Shown: positions 10,695-20,281 of the stretch, piece by piece
How positions within the stretch are numbered: the first letter of the stretch is position 1
Layout of the letters: the number at the start of each line of letters is the position of its first letter
Origin: Clostridia bacterium
GTDB lineage: Bacteria; Bacillota; Clostridia; HGM11514
Length of the DNA: 64,000 nt
Reading direction: 5' to 3'
NCBI GenBank assembly: GCA_045586685.1
Contig: JAZNAU010000038.1
Coordinates: 32,001 to 96,000 of the forward strand
Translations under genes and position numbers: made by a program
Notes under the pieces: model-generated
Told to the model about the DNA's origin: nothing
Databases searched by the model: none
The model's input: the letters and a program-made list of their open reading frames with translations, nothing else

Positions 10695-10945
10695 AAAAAT
10701 AAAAAATCCTCCGCCCCAATTAGGGACGAAGGAAAAATTCTTCGCGGTACCACCCTGATTCCTGCAAATTCACAGGCACTCAAGTCCATGATAACGGTAT
10801 GAAACCGGCTTTTCCTACTGCAGTGTTCAGAAAAACAGCTCAACGGGCGAACTTCAACTCCGTATACTGATGAGGATGCTTCCAGCCGACGACATCCACT
10901 CTCTGACACCTTCTCACGAAATCTACTTTCCCGATCATCGCTTTT
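10695..10945 (-). promoter_or_regulatory. Phe T-box riboswitch leader of pheST
   Basis: T-box AATCAGGGTGGTACCGCG (10743-10760); AGAGA and GCTG stem I elements; GAAG-UUC specifier (Phe); terminator TCCTTCGTCCC/GGGGCGGAGGA-T6. Confidence 0.93.
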
Positions 10946-10983
10946 TTATATCATATCATAAATTTTACAATTTGTCAACTTTT

Positions 10984-11463
10984 TTATTCAATAACAATAC
11001 TCTTAATTTTCTGTTCTTCCAGAGGTCTGTCGCTGTAATCCGTCTGAACATTCGCAATTTCGTCCACCACTTCAATCCCCTCTACCACCTTACCGAAGGC
11101 TGCATATTGTCCATCCAGGTGTGGTGCGTCCTCGTGCATAATAAAGAACTGCGAGCCTGCACTGTCAGGATGAGCAGCACGAGCCATTGAAATAACGCCT
11201 CGGGTGTGTTTTAAGGGATTGTTTACGCCATTTTGTAAAAATTCTCCCTTAATCTGATAACCGGGGCCGCCCATTCCGGTTCCGTCAGGACAACCGCCCT
11301 GAATCATAAACCCAGATATCACACGGTGAAAAATCAATCCATTATAAAATCCTTCTTTCGCCAGCTTTTCAAAATTTTCCACTGTAATAGGAGCCGCTGT
11401 TTTATCTAACTCCAGCTTTATTTGTTTTCCGTTTTCCATTGTAATAAGAATCATTGTTAACAT
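10984..11463 (-). CDS. Cyclophilin-type peptidyl-prolyl cis-trans isomerase
   Basis: [26 protein letters not shown] and [10 protein letters not shown] motifs. Confidence 0.95.
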   Translation of the reverse strand: MLTMILITMENGKQIKLELDKTAAPITVENFEKLAKEGFYNGLIFHRVISGFMIQGGCPDGTGMGGPGYQIKGEFLQNGVNNPLKHTRGVISMARAAHPDSAGSQFFIMHEDAPHLDGQYAAFGKVVEGIEVVDEIANVQTDYSDRPLEEQKIKSIVIE

Positions 11464-11554
11464 CCTTTCAAAAATATTGTAATTAGCTTGGATACATATA
11501 TATCGTGATTGTTATATCACATCTTTCCCCATTTGTCAAGCAAAAGATAACAAT

Positions 11555-12469
11555 TTATTCGCATTTTATTTGGTGAAATAATATATCAATTTCTTCTTTC
11601 AAGGGAGGATTGGTTCCTGGTGTCATACAAGCTGCGGTACCAAATGCGGCAGAAAGCCGAAGTGTGTCACAAAATGGCAAGTCATTTATCTGACCCGTCA
11701 AAAAACCCGCTACCGTACTATCCCCCGCTCCCACCGTAGAAACAACGGAGATTTTGGGAACAGAGATCCGATAATGTCCGTTTACGCCAATATAAACCAT
11801 CCCTTTCCCACCAAAGGAAATTAAAACATGGTCAATTCCGCTTTTGTAAAACGTTTTGGCAACCTCTAAACTCTGTTCCGGTTCCAGTTCCCTTCCTGCA
11901 AGAAAAGAAATCTCTTGTTGATTTGGCTTTATCATCATAGGTTGTAACTCAATCAATTCTTCCATAGAAAAGGAATTGGAATCAATCACAAGTTTTGCAC
12001 CGCTTTGCTTTACTTTATGTAAAAATGAAATGACCGCCTCCTTGGAAAGCCCTGAGGGAATTCTTCCGGTAAAGGTCACTATGCTTTCTTCATCCAGGGG
12101 CATCAGATCTATTATTTCATGTAAAATACCGTCATCCAACTGAAATCCATCAAAGCTAATTCTGGTTTCAGGGGTATGAGTACTATGCACCGTCAGATTT
12201 TCTCGGATTCTCCCCCTTGCCGTTACTGCCAGATAGGAAATACCGTCCGCATCCAAGCCCTTTTTAAATTCTTCTCCGTTTTCCGTTCCCAAAACGGTAA
12301 TAGCTGTATTTTCAATTCCGTATGAATGTAACGCACGGGACAAATTGATTCCCTTTCCTCCCGACTGACGGGTCAGGTTTGTTCCGTAATTTTCTTTATA
12401 TAATTGCAGATTTTCAATAACACAATGGACATCAAATGCCGGATTAAGTGTCAGCGTAATAATCTTCAT
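11555..12469 (-). CDS. 1-phosphofructokinase/LacC-type PfkB hexose-phosphate kinase
   Basis: TLTLNPAFD, GGKGIN, KPNQQE and STVGAGDS motifs; AGGAGG RBS before the ATG at 12469. Confidence 0.88.
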   Translation of the reverse strand: MKIITLTLNPAFDVHCVIENLQLYKENYGTNLTRQSGGKGINLSRALHSYGIENTAITVLGTENGEEFKKGLDADGISYLAVTARGRIRENLTVHSTHTPETRISFDGFQLDDGILHEIIDLMPLDEESIVTFTGRIPSGLSKEAVISFLHKVKQSGAKLVIDSNSFSMEELIELQPMMIKPNQQEISFLAGRELEPEQSLEVAKTFYKSGIDHVLISFGGKGMVYIGVNGHYRISVPKISVVSTVGAGDSTVAGFLTGQINDLPFCDTLRLSAAFGTAACMTPGTNPPLKEEIDILFHQIKCE

Positions 12470-12523
12470 CAGCAAGACCTCCTTCTTCACTAAGGGGTTA
12501 TAAAAAATCAAACAAATAATAAG

Positions 12524-12556
12524 TAAAAATCCGCACACTCCTGTGTACGGATTTTT
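12524..12556 (-). terminator. Terminator after tRNA-Gln
   Basis: AAAATCCGTACAC/GTGTGCGGATTTTT hairpin. Confidence 0.7.
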
Positions 12557-12629
12557 GGCTGCGAGAGAAGGATTCGAACCCTCACAAAGTGAGTCAGAGT
12601 CACTCGTGCTACCCTTACACAATCTCGCA
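12556..12629 (-). tRNA. tRNA-Gln (anticodon CUG)
   Basis: Acceptor stem TGCGAGA/TCTCGCA-G-CCA; anticodon arm AGTGA-CTCTGAC-TCACT; T-loop GGTTCGAATCC. Confidence 0.97.
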
Positions 12630-12641
12630 ACGACAAATAAT

Positions 12642-12670
12642 ATTATACGATATAAATTCAATTTTGTCAA
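12642..12670 (-). promoter_or_regulatory. Sigma-A promoter of tRNA-Gln
   Basis: TTGACA-17 bp-TATAAT, perfect consensus. Confidence 0.85.
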
Positions 12671-12724
12671 GCACTTTTTTTATTTTTTTCAATTTTTTTG
12701 GTTTCATTCAAAAACATGGAAAAT

Positions 12725-13660
12725 TTAATTTTGCCAATAAATTTGCTGTTCTCGCATGATTGGATAACGAACCAAACTATCTCCTTCCAGATTTTCCTTT
12801 TTTATATCAACACCGGAGATTCTGCTGTTTTCATAAGTGGTATAATAATAAATTCCTTCCTCTGTATTACAACAAGAAGAATACACCGTTCGTTCAAGGG
12901 TTCCGTTTTTTAGTCTGACACACCCTTTTTGTTGCTCTACCGATTTTAAAATATGGAAAAACTGACTGACTTCTTCACAAGGCTCGCAAAGGGAATGCTC
13001 CTTGACAAACACCCCTTTTACAAAACGTGAAAAGGAGGACAAATCACCGGGCAACCCATATGCCCCCAAACCTCTGCTGTACGGTTGTTCTTCCTGTTCA
13101 TTGGGGGTCAAATTGTTAAAATTTTGCAGTAACAGAAGTTGGGTGTTAAAAGGGGGATTGTTGGTCAGTACCCCTACGGGATTTTTCCATATTTTTAAAC
13201 CTTCTGTTAAGGGTTCTACCGTAACAGATTCCTGTTTGTCGCTTAACAGCCAATGAAGAGGCGTAACAGGCAATTCTTTGTTAAATGAAATATTTGAAAG
13301 TTGAATAGAAGAAAGCAGTTCAACCGCTTGTGCCGTACTCTTACACTGGCTGAGAATAAAGGGAATCAGCTCATAGGGAGCTATCCCAAAATTTTGTGGA
13401 AAATAATAAGCATTTCCCGGGAAATGAAGTCCTGCCATACTAAGTCCATGCTCGTTGGTTGCATCATAATACAAAGGATATTCGTCCACCACATATGCCA
13501 TTCCAATCATAGCATAATGGTTTTTGATTATTTGTGCGTTTCCAAAAGAGAAAGGAAACCGACGCGGTGTTACCGTTACCTCTTCCTCGTAAGAATATTC
13601 CAAGTCCAGATTTCTGCCAAAATAATGACCTTGTTTTAAAAATGAAATTGCCGTACACAT
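12725..13660 (-). CDS. Choloylglycine hydrolase family Ntn hydrolase (bile salt hydrolase / penicillin V acylase)
   Basis: N-terminal M-C nucleophile; YFGRNLD, NEHGL, VLTNNP and GLPGDLSSFSRF motifs. Confidence 0.9.
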   Translation of the reverse strand: MCTAISFLKQGHYFGRNLDLEYSYEEEVTVTPRRFPFSFGNAQIIKNHYAMIGMAYVVDEYPLYYDATNEHGLSMAGLHFPGNAYYFPQNFGIAPYELIPFILSQCKSTAQAVELLSSIQLSNISFNKELPVTPLHWLLSDKQESVTVEPLTEGLKIWKNPVGVLTNNPPFNTQLLLLQNFNNLTPNEQEEQPYSRGLGAYGLPGDLSSFSRFVKGVFVKEHSLCEPCEEVSQFFHILKSVEQQKGCVRLKNGTLERTVYSSCCNTEEGIYYYTTYENSRISGVDIKKENLEGDSLVRYPIMREQQIYWQN

Positions 13661-13691
13661 ACAAACACCCCCGTCAAATTTCTCTTACAAA

Positions 13692-13719
13692 AGTGTTTCC
13701 CAAAATCTAAAATATATTC
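13692..13719 (-). promoter_or_regulatory. Possible sigma-F/G (forespore) promoter of the BSH-family gene
   Basis: GAATA-14 bp-GGAAACACT vs consensus GYWTA-15-GGnnAnAnT (spacer one short). Confidence 0.45.
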
Positions 13720-13734
13720 AGTTTCTTCCTATAT

Positions 13735-13802
13735 AAAAAGATTCCTCATTTCATTCAGAATAACCAAATCTGCTCTATCTGAACGGAGTGAAGAATCTTT
13801 TT
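13735..13802. repeat. Long imperfect intergenic inverted repeat (REP-like; may also terminate spoVAE)
   Basis: AAAAAGATTCCTCATTTCATTCAGA ... TCTGAACGGAGTGAAGAATCTTTTT. Confidence 0.6.
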
Positions 13803-13803
13803 G

Positions 13804-14160
13804 TTAATGTTTTGGCTTTGGTTTAAACAAAACCGCCACCAGCCAACCAAAAATTATAGCAGCGGCAATCCCTCCGGCTGTAGCGGTCAATCCGCCGGAA
13901 AAAACACCAATCAATCCCTTTTCGCCAATGGTTTTTACTGTTCCTTTTGCCAAGGTATATCCAAATCCAGAAATAGGCACTGTTGCCCCTGCTCCCGCGA
14001 ACTGAACCAAGGGTTCGTATAACCCTACCATGGTAAGGAAAACACCCGCAACCACAAATCCTGTTAAAATTCTTGCAGGGGTCAGTTTGGTATAATCAAT
14101 CAAAAGTTGCCCGACAACGCAAATAAGACCGCCAACCACGAAGGCTTTCAGATACTCCAT
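13804..14160 (-). CDS. spoVAE: Stage V sporulation protein AE (SpoVAC/AEb family)
   Basis: AFVVGGLICVVGQLLID and FAGAGATVPISGFG motifs; GAGGTG RBS. Confidence 0.92.
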   Translation of the reverse strand: MEYLKAFVVGGLICVVGQLLIDYTKLTPARILTGFVVAGVFLTMVGLYEPLVQFAGAGATVPISGFGYTLAKGTVKTIGEKGLIGVFSGGLTATAGGIAAAIIFGWLVAVLFKPKPKH

Positions 14161-14178
14161 TTGTTTCACCTCAATGTA

Positions 14179-14207
14179 AGTATCTCCCTATTCTTCCTGT
14201 TATATAC
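14179..14207 (-). promoter_or_regulatory. Sigma-F/G-type promoter of spoVAE
   Basis: GTATA-15 bp-GGAGATACT, exact fit to GYWTA-15-GGnnAnAnT. Confidence 0.7.
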
Positions 14208-15725
14208 CTATCTGGGAATTAGAATTTTCTGTCCTGTCACAAGATTTCCTTCTCCCAGCTTATTGGCTTTGATAATGCTGTCACGGGTGACGCTGTACCG
14301 TTTTGCAATATTCCACAAAGTATCACCTTTTTGAACAAAGCATATAACAAGGGACGGTCTTGTTTCGTTACATTCTGTATTATCAGACTCCTCTGCCTTG
14401 GTAACACAAGGAATCTGACCCATTTTCACAGCAGTTCCTTCTATATAAATAACCCCTCTGATTTCTACCTCGTCAGCAGACAGCAAATGATAAGAAAAAT
14501 GACCGGTGCTTACTGTCATATCACCACGATTCATTTCACCTTCCAGCTCTTGTGAAAAAGGCAGTTCCTTGGTAAGACTGCAATATTCTCCTTCCGAACT
14601 TTGATAAAGAATGGTAACACAGCATTTTCCTTCTACCCTTGTTTTTTCACCATGACAGGAAACTGCTTCTATCCATACGGAAGGTTCCATAAAATATATT
14701 CTGGAAATGGGCGGTTGCTCTTTGCAGAATAAATTTTCCCGAATTGCAATTTCTTTTGATGCAACGGGATGCAATTCGGAATAACATATGGTATCACAGG
14801 TACATTCCAAAGGAATTTCTGTGCAGAATAAGTCCTCCACAAGTTCTGTCTTTTCTGTAAGCATAGCACGAATCTGCACAAAAATTTTAGCATCTGCAAA
14901 CAACAGCCTCGTGTCCCCGTCGCTATCTTCGTCGGCTCTGATTTGAATCCCTGATAAATAAAGAGTCGAATGATCTTCCATTTCCTCTGTAACCCCTATG
15001 GCATCCACCACTTCTGTAAAGGGAATCACGTGCTCTGCATATTCTGTTGTTTCTTCCATACTATAATAGAAGAAACTCAGTACAATTTCCCCTTTTATCA
15101 TTGCTTTGTTGGTCATCAACCTTACTTCTGGCTCCCTGATTTTCCCCTCGCAAAATAAAATTCTGTGAATATCAGGAAGAGAACCATTTAATTCCGTTTG
15201 CTCTCTGACTGCCAAAACCTGATCCAAGCAAACATGCTCAGTAATATAAGTGGCAGGTTGGTACTTCATTTCTGTTTCGCAATCCGCCTCACACCCTGTC
15301 AGAACCCGATAAGTACAATCCTCTGAAAATTGTTTTTTGATACATACTGTCACCTTGAGATTCAGTTTCCTTGAATGATACAAATAATAGGAAACTTCTC
15401 CTACCTCAGCCTGTGCATCAACAAGCAATTGTTCCCCATCCACCCGCACAGTATGCTGAAACGGGAGAGAGGTATGAATTGCCTCCATCCCTGTCCCTTC
15501 TGCGGGCTGATAAAGAATATGGGCATATACCGTTCCACTTAATGTAATACGGTCACCGCCCGACTCTTTCGACTCAATGGCACAGGAGGTTTTAATCAAA
15601 AGCACCTTTCCTATATCCCCCTGTACATCCGGAACAATCACATCCTCCTCTGCTGTTTCCGCTGCAACCTCCCGAGCACGGATTTGATTCAGCGTAATAT
15701 CCTGATACTTTGCTTCAAACGCCAT
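14208..15725 (-). CDS. Spore coat morphogenetic protein, three SPOCS (DUF3794) domains plus C-terminal LysM (SipL-like)
   Basis: Three repeats ending in LPF/IPF; VQKGDTLWNIAKRY LysM domain. Confidence 0.85.
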   Translation of the reverse strand: MAFEAKYQDITLNQIRAREVAAETAEEDVIVPDVQGDIGKVLLIKTSCAIESKESGGDRITLSGTVYAHILYQPAEGTGMEAIHTSLPFQHTVRVDGEQLLVDAQAEVGEVSYYLYHSRKLNLKVTVCIKKQFSEDCTYRVLTGCEADCETEMKYQPATYITEHVCLDQVLAVREQTELNGSLPDIHRILFCEGKIREPEVRLMTNKAMIKGEIVLSFFYYSMEETTEYAEHVIPFTEVVDAIGVTEEMEDHSTLYLSGIQIRADEDSDGDTRLLFADAKIFVQIRAMLTEKTELVEDLFCTEIPLECTCDTICYSELHPVASKEIAIRENLFCKEQPPISRIYFMEPSVWIEAVSCHGEKTRVEGKCCVTILYQSSEGEYCSLTKELPFSQELEGEMNRGDMTVSTGHFSYHLLSADEVEIRGVIYIEGTAVKMGQIPCVTKAEESDNTECNETRPSLVICFVQKGDTLWNIAKRYSVTRDSIIKANKLGEGNLVTGQKILIPR

Positions 15726-15755
15726 TGCGTTCCCTCCTTCACCAATTCTGTAACC

Positions 15756-15785
15756 ATTCTATGCCCGTCCTTTTAAAAATATGAA
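15756..15785 (-). promoter_or_regulatory. Sigma-E-type promoter of the SipL-like gene
   Basis: TCATATT ... CATAGAAT with typical spacing. Confidence 0.7.
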
Positions 15786-15906
15786 CAAAAAAATGGAAAG
15801 TTCTTGCCACTTACCGCCTTTCTGTGTTATAATAGATGTAACAGAAAAAATTACAAACGTTTTTCTACTATATATAATAGTAGAAACTCGAACTGGAGAG
15901 CAAACT

Positions 15907-17706
15907 ATGAATCAAAAAAACATTAGAAATTTTTGTATTATCGCCCATATTGACCACGGAAAATCCACTTTGGCAGACCGGCTTTTGGAAATTACGGGTG
16001 ATGTCAGCCAAAGAGAAATGGAACAACAGCTCCTTGACAATATGGATTTGGAACGGGAAAGAGGAATTACCATTAAAGCCCGTGCCGTCCGTTTGGTTCA
16101 CAAAGCAAAGGACGGAGAAGAATATATTCTGAATCTGATTGACACACCAGGACATGTTGACTTTAATTATGAAGTTTCCCGTTCTCTTGCAGCCTGTGAA
16201 GGTGCCATTTTGGTGGTAGATGCAGTGCAGAGTATTCAGGCACAAACCCTTGCCAACACCTACCTTGCCGTGGATCATGGATTGGAATTGTTGCCTGTTA
16301 TCAACAAGATTGATTTGCCCAGTGCACGGCCCGATTATGTAAAAGAAGAAATAGAAAATATTATCGGAATTGAGGCAACAGATGCTCCGTTAATTTCTGC
16401 CAAAAACGGAATTGGAATTGAGGAAGTTTTAGAGCAAATTATACAAAAAATTCCCGCACCCGAAGGTGACAAAACCAAACCCCTTCAGGCATTGATTTTT
16501 GATTCCTATTATGATGCTTACAAAGGGGTCATTGTCTATGTCAGAGTGGTCGAGGGAACCTTAAAATCCGGTGATATGATTCGGATGATGGCAACGGATA
16601 AAACCTTTGAAGTAGTAGAGGTAGGTTACTTAAAAGCAAACGGCACCGTGCTTTCCGACAAGCTCTCTGCCGGCGAGGTTGGATATATTGCCGCCTCTAT
16701 CAAAACTATGTCAGACACCCGCGTAGGTGACACGATTACCACTGCAAAAAACGGAGCAGTGGCGCCTTTGCCCGGTTATCAACAGGTAAACCCCATAGTT
16801 TTCTGCGGAATCTATCCTGCTGACGGTGCCAGATATGACGATTTAAGAGAAGCCCTATTAAAATTGCAGTTAAATGATGCCTCTCTGGTATTCGAACCGG
16901 AAACCTCCCTTGCTCTTGGATTTGGTTTCCGATGCGGATTTTTAGGACTTTTACACATGGAAATTATTCAGGAACGGCTGGAACGGGAATACAATTTGGA
17001 TCTGGTTACCACCGCGCCCAGCGTTATCTATAACGTATATAAAACCAATGGTGAAATGGTGGAAATTTCCAATCCTGCAAACCTTCCTCCCATAGCTGAA
17101 ATCGACCATATTGATGAACCTATGGCAAAGGCAGTGATTATGACTCCTACCGACTATGTGGGCAACATTATGGAGCTTTGTCAGGAACGTCGGGGTATTT
17201 TTAAGGATATGCAATATATTGATACCGACCGTGCAAGTCTTCACTATATTTTGCCTTTAAACGAAATTATCTATGATTTTTTTGATACTTTGAAATCATT
17301 GTCACGGGGATATGCTTCTTTCGACTACGAACTGTCCGATTATCAACCCTCTAAATTGGTAAAACTGGACATTTTGTTAAACGGAGATATGGTAGATGCC
17401 ATGTCCTTCATCGTTCATGAGGGAAAAGCTTATGCACGGGGACGTAGAATTGCAGAAAAATTAAAAGAAGTCATTCCCAGACAGCTGTTTGAAATTCCCA
17501 TTCAAGCAGCAATTGGCAGTAAAATCATTGCCCGCGAAACGGTAAAAGCAATGAGAAAAGATGTACTTGCCAAGTGCTACGGCGGTGACATTACCAGAAA
17601 GAAAAAATTACTGGAAAAACAGAAGGAAGGAAAGAAACGGATGCGTCAGGTGGGCAGTGTAACGGTTCCTCAGGAAGCCTTTATGTCCATTCTGAAACCC
17701 GATTGA
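15907..17706 (+). CDS. lepA: Elongation factor 4
   Basis: [30 protein letters not shown] and [14 protein letters not shown] motifs. Confidence 0.98.
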   Translation: MNQKNIRNFCIIAHIDHGKSTLADRLLEITGDVSQREMEQQLLDNMDLERERGITIKARAVRLVHKAKDGEEYILNLIDTPGHVDFNYEVSRSLAACEGAILVVDAVQSIQAQTLANTYLAVDHGLELLPVINKIDLPSARPDYVKEEIENIIGIEATDAPLISAKNGIGIEEVLEQIIQKIPAPEGDKTKPLQALIFDSYYDAYKGVIVYVRVVEGTLKSGDMIRMMATDKTFEVVEVGYLKANGTVLSDKLSAGEVGYIAASIKTMSDTRVGDTITTAKNGAVAPLPGYQQVNPIVFCGIYPADGARYDDLREALLKLQLNDASLVFEPETSLALGFGFRCGFLGLLHMEIIQERLEREYNLDLVTTAPSVIYNVYKTNGEMVEISNPANLPPIAEIDHIDEPMAKAVIMTPTDYVGNIMELCQERRGIFKDMQYIDTDRASLHYILPLNEIIYDFFDTLKSLSRGYASFDYELSDYQPSKLVKLDILLNGDMVDAMSFIVHEGKAYARGRRIAEKLKEVIPRQLFEIPIQAAIGSKIIARETVKAMRKDVLAKCYGGDITRKKKLLEKQKEGKKRMRQVGSVTVPQEAFMSILKPD

Positions 17707-17714
17707 TTACAGTT

Positions 17715-18821
17715 ATGAAAGGACTTTATCTTCACATTCCCTTTTGCAAATCAAAATGCCCGTATTGCGACTTTAATTCCTATCAAGGAAAAGAAGAACT
17801 GATGCAGGAATATGTGTCCGCAATGCTCCATCATATTCGACAAAGTAAAGAACAAATTCCAAATCGATTCGACACAATTTTTATTGGCGGTGGTACCCCC
17901 ACCGCCCTTTCTGATTCTTTACTGAAGGAATTACTGTATAATTTACGAACTCTTTTCCCGGATACCGTTTCAGAATTCACCGTTGAAGCAAATCCCAAAA
18001 CTTTGACAAAGGAAAAAATGCGGATTCTAAGTGGCTATGGCGTGAACCGCATGAGCTTAGGTTTACAAGCTTGGCAGAATTCATTATTACAAACATTAGG
18101 CAGGACTCATACAAGAGAAGATTTTTTAGAAAGCTTAGAGATGATTTTCGCATCAGGTATCAACAATGTAAATGCCGATGTCATGTATGGCTTACCAAAC
18201 CAAACAATAGACAACTGGCAGGAAACGCTGGAAAGCTTAACCGCTTTGGAGTTGCCTCATATTTCCTGTTACTCCCTTACCATTGCAGAAGGTACACCTT
18301 TTTCTCAAAAACTCCCCGCTCCCTTGCCCGACGAAGAAACGGAACGGGAAATGAATCATTTGTCGAAAAAGATTTTGTCAAAAAAGGATATTTTTCGATA
18401 CGAAATATCAAATTACGCCAAGACAGGTTGGGAATGTAAGCACAATCTGATTTACTGGAAGGGTCAGGAGTATGCCGCCTTCGGTGCAGGGGCAAGCGGA
18501 TACTTGCAGGGAATCCGATATACATGGGAGGAAAATCCGGAGGCTTACATCCGTCACGTCAACGAAAATACCATTTTGCCCTATGTACAAGAACAGGTAA
18601 TGGATTTTTTGGGAGAAAGCATTATGCTTCGTTTGAGACTGACAGAGGGTGTCAACTTTTTAGAGATGGAACAGCAATTCGGTCCTCATTGGATAACCCC
18701 CTACGAAGATGTCCTTCAAAAGCACATCAACAACGGTTTACTCCAAAAAAACCAACACAGTTTTGCTCTTACCGATTACGGCTTCGATCTTGCCAATTAT
18801 GTCATGGCAGACTTTGTGTAA
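17715..18821 (+). CDS. hemW: Radical SAM heme chaperone HemW (HemN-like)
   Basis: LYLHIPFCKSKCPYCDF, GGGTPT, YEISNY and HNLIYW motifs; lepA synteny. Confidence 0.92.
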   Translation: MKGLYLHIPFCKSKCPYCDFNSYQGKEELMQEYVSAMLHHIRQSKEQIPNRFDTIFIGGGTPTALSDSLLKELLYNLRTLFPDTVSEFTVEANPKTLTKEKMRILSGYGVNRMSLGLQAWQNSLLQTLGRTHTREDFLESLEMIFASGINNVNADVMYGLPNQTIDNWQETLESLTALELPHISCYSLTIAEGTPFSQKLPAPLPDEETEREMNHLSKKILSKKDIFRYEISNYAKTGWECKHNLIYWKGQEYAAFGAGASGYLQGIRYTWEENPEAYIRHVNENTILPYVQEQVMDFLGESIMLRLRLTEGVNFLEMEQQFGPHWITPYEDVLQKHINNGLLQKNQHSFALTDYGFDLANYVMADFV

Positions 18822-19095
18822 AGCGACGCATTTTAAGACGATTTAAGGCACCTTTTTTTCTTGCCGTATCCTAATATTATTTTTAAAAATCAAGTCTTAT
18901 TTGACCAATTTTAGGGGTGTTTTTAAGACACCCCCTTTTTACTCCCTAAATTTTACCATTTTTTGTGTTATATTTTCCATTTATTTCAAAATATTGGTAT
19001 TTTTTTGCCCCGTTTTTAAAAAAAATTTAAAAAAATTTTTATTTTCTCTATCCCGCATAGTTCCTGTGTTTTTCGTAAAGCACGAGCAACCATTT

Positions 19096-19149
19096 TGCAA
19101 CATTTTTGTAATAAAGGGGTTGACAAAACCCTTTCCTTTGGTTTATAAT
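19096..19149 (+). promoter_or_regulatory. Sigma-A promoter with upstream WalR-like direct repeat
   Basis: TGCAAC-N5-TGTAAT (19096-19112), then TTGACA-18-TATAAT (19120-19149). Confidence 0.6.
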
Positions 19150-19186
19150 ACGCAGTGTTCGAAAAAAACGACAGGAGGTCAAAGTT

Positions 19187-20221
19187 ATGTTGCAGAACAA
19201 AACGGCATCCTTTCACAGAGTATTTTTCTGTGTGATTGCCGCCATTGTACTTCTGCTGAGTATGATGATCACAACCGGTTTTACCACGATCAAACACGTC
19301 ACCATTGATGACGGGTCGGGAGAACTCAGAACTGCTGTTACCATGAAAGGAACAGTCAGTGCGATTTTAGCAGAGCAAAACATTAAAATTAAAAAAGGTG
19401 ATATTGTAACACCCGCATTAAATTCTAAAGTGTTGCGGGACCAGCAGATTTCCATTCAAAGAGCAGCACAGGTGGTTATGACCATTGACGGTGCATCCAC
19501 CACATATTATTCCGTTGCTCGCACAGTAGGAGAATTCTTAGACGAAGCCAATATTGTTGTTGGTGAACATGACGGATTCAACGCTACTATGGCAGATGCC
19601 ATAAAGCCCGGAATGAACCTTACCATCGACCGTGTCAATGAGTATCACTACACCGTTGATGAAGCCATTCCCTTTGTTGTAAAAGAAACCAGCACCTATT
19701 CTCTTCCTAAGGGTGAACACAATGTTGTTCAACAAGGTCAGGCAGGGGTTATGCAAAGACAGTATGTTGCCCGTTACGAAAACGGTGTAAAGATTTCAGA
19801 AGAATTGATCAGCGAATCAATCACCCAACAGCCTGTTGATGAAATAAGAGAAACAGGATTGTTAGATGTGGTTCCCACCTCTGCGGGTAATATCGCAGTT
19901 CGTGCTACCTACTACATGCAGGCAACAGGATACGACATAGGCTATGAAAGCTGTGGAAAGTTCCCTGGGGATCCCCTTTACGGAATTACAGCTACCGGAA
20001 TTCGTGCAACTTATGGCGTTGTAGCAGTAGACCCCAGAGTAATTCCTTTAGGCTCCAAGCTGTTTATTCAGACTACCGACGGTTCCTTTACCTACGGCTA
20101 TGCCTTAGCGGCAGATACCGGCGGTGCAATCAAAGGAAACAGAATTGATTTGTGCTTTGATTCCAGACAGGATGCGCTGAATTTTGGCAGACGCGATGTT
20201 GTTGTCTATGTTTTAAACTAA
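19187..20221 (+). CDS. YabE/SpsB-like cell-wall protein (DUF348 x2, G5, 3D domains)
   Basis: N-terminal TM; G5 (QQGQAG...ETG); 3D domain AVDPRVIPLGS and ADTGGAIKGNRIDL; upstream of rsmA. Confidence 0.9.
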   Translation: MLQNKTASFHRVFFCVIAAIVLLLSMMITTGFTTIKHVTIDDGSGELRTAVTMKGTVSAILAEQNIKIKKGDIVTPALNSKVLRDQQISIQRAAQVVMTIDGASTTYYSVARTVGEFLDEANIVVGEHDGFNATMADAIKPGMNLTIDRVNEYHYTVDEAIPFVVKETSTYSLPKGEHNVVQQGQAGVMQRQYVARYENGVKISEELISESITQQPVDEIRETGLLDVVPTSAGNIAVRATYYMQATGYDIGYESCGKFPGDPLYGITATGIRATYGVVAVDPRVIPLGSKLFIQTTDGSFTYGYALAADTGGAIKGNRIDLCFDSRQDALNFGRRDVVVYVLN

Positions 20222-20232
20222 ACTGAACACAT

Positions 20233-20264
20233 AATGAACGGGTCCTTTAGATCCGTTCATTTTT
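20233..20264 (+). terminator. Terminator after the yabE-like gene
   Basis: AATGAACGG/CCGTTCATT stem plus T-run. Confidence 0.7.
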
Positions 20265-20281
20265 CCGTTCAAAAAAGGAGA

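Noticed and set aside
10676-10909. 77-aa N-terminal extension of PheS in the ORF track
   Set aside because: It is an open frame running through the T-box leader; the GTG at 10675 has an RBS and gives a normal-length PheS
11555-12629. tRNA-Gln as an island integration site
   Set aside because: No duplicated tRNA 3' end and no integrase noticed; the terminator follows the tRNA directly
12470-12670. N-terminal extension of the PfkB kinase ORF
   Set aside because: It overlaps tRNA-Gln and its terminator; the real start is at 12469 with an AGGAGG RBS
18901-19308. 135-aa F/K-rich ORF upstream of the yabE-like gene
   Set aside because: Low-complexity translation of an AT-rich promoter region; no RBS; overlaps the real gene out of frame
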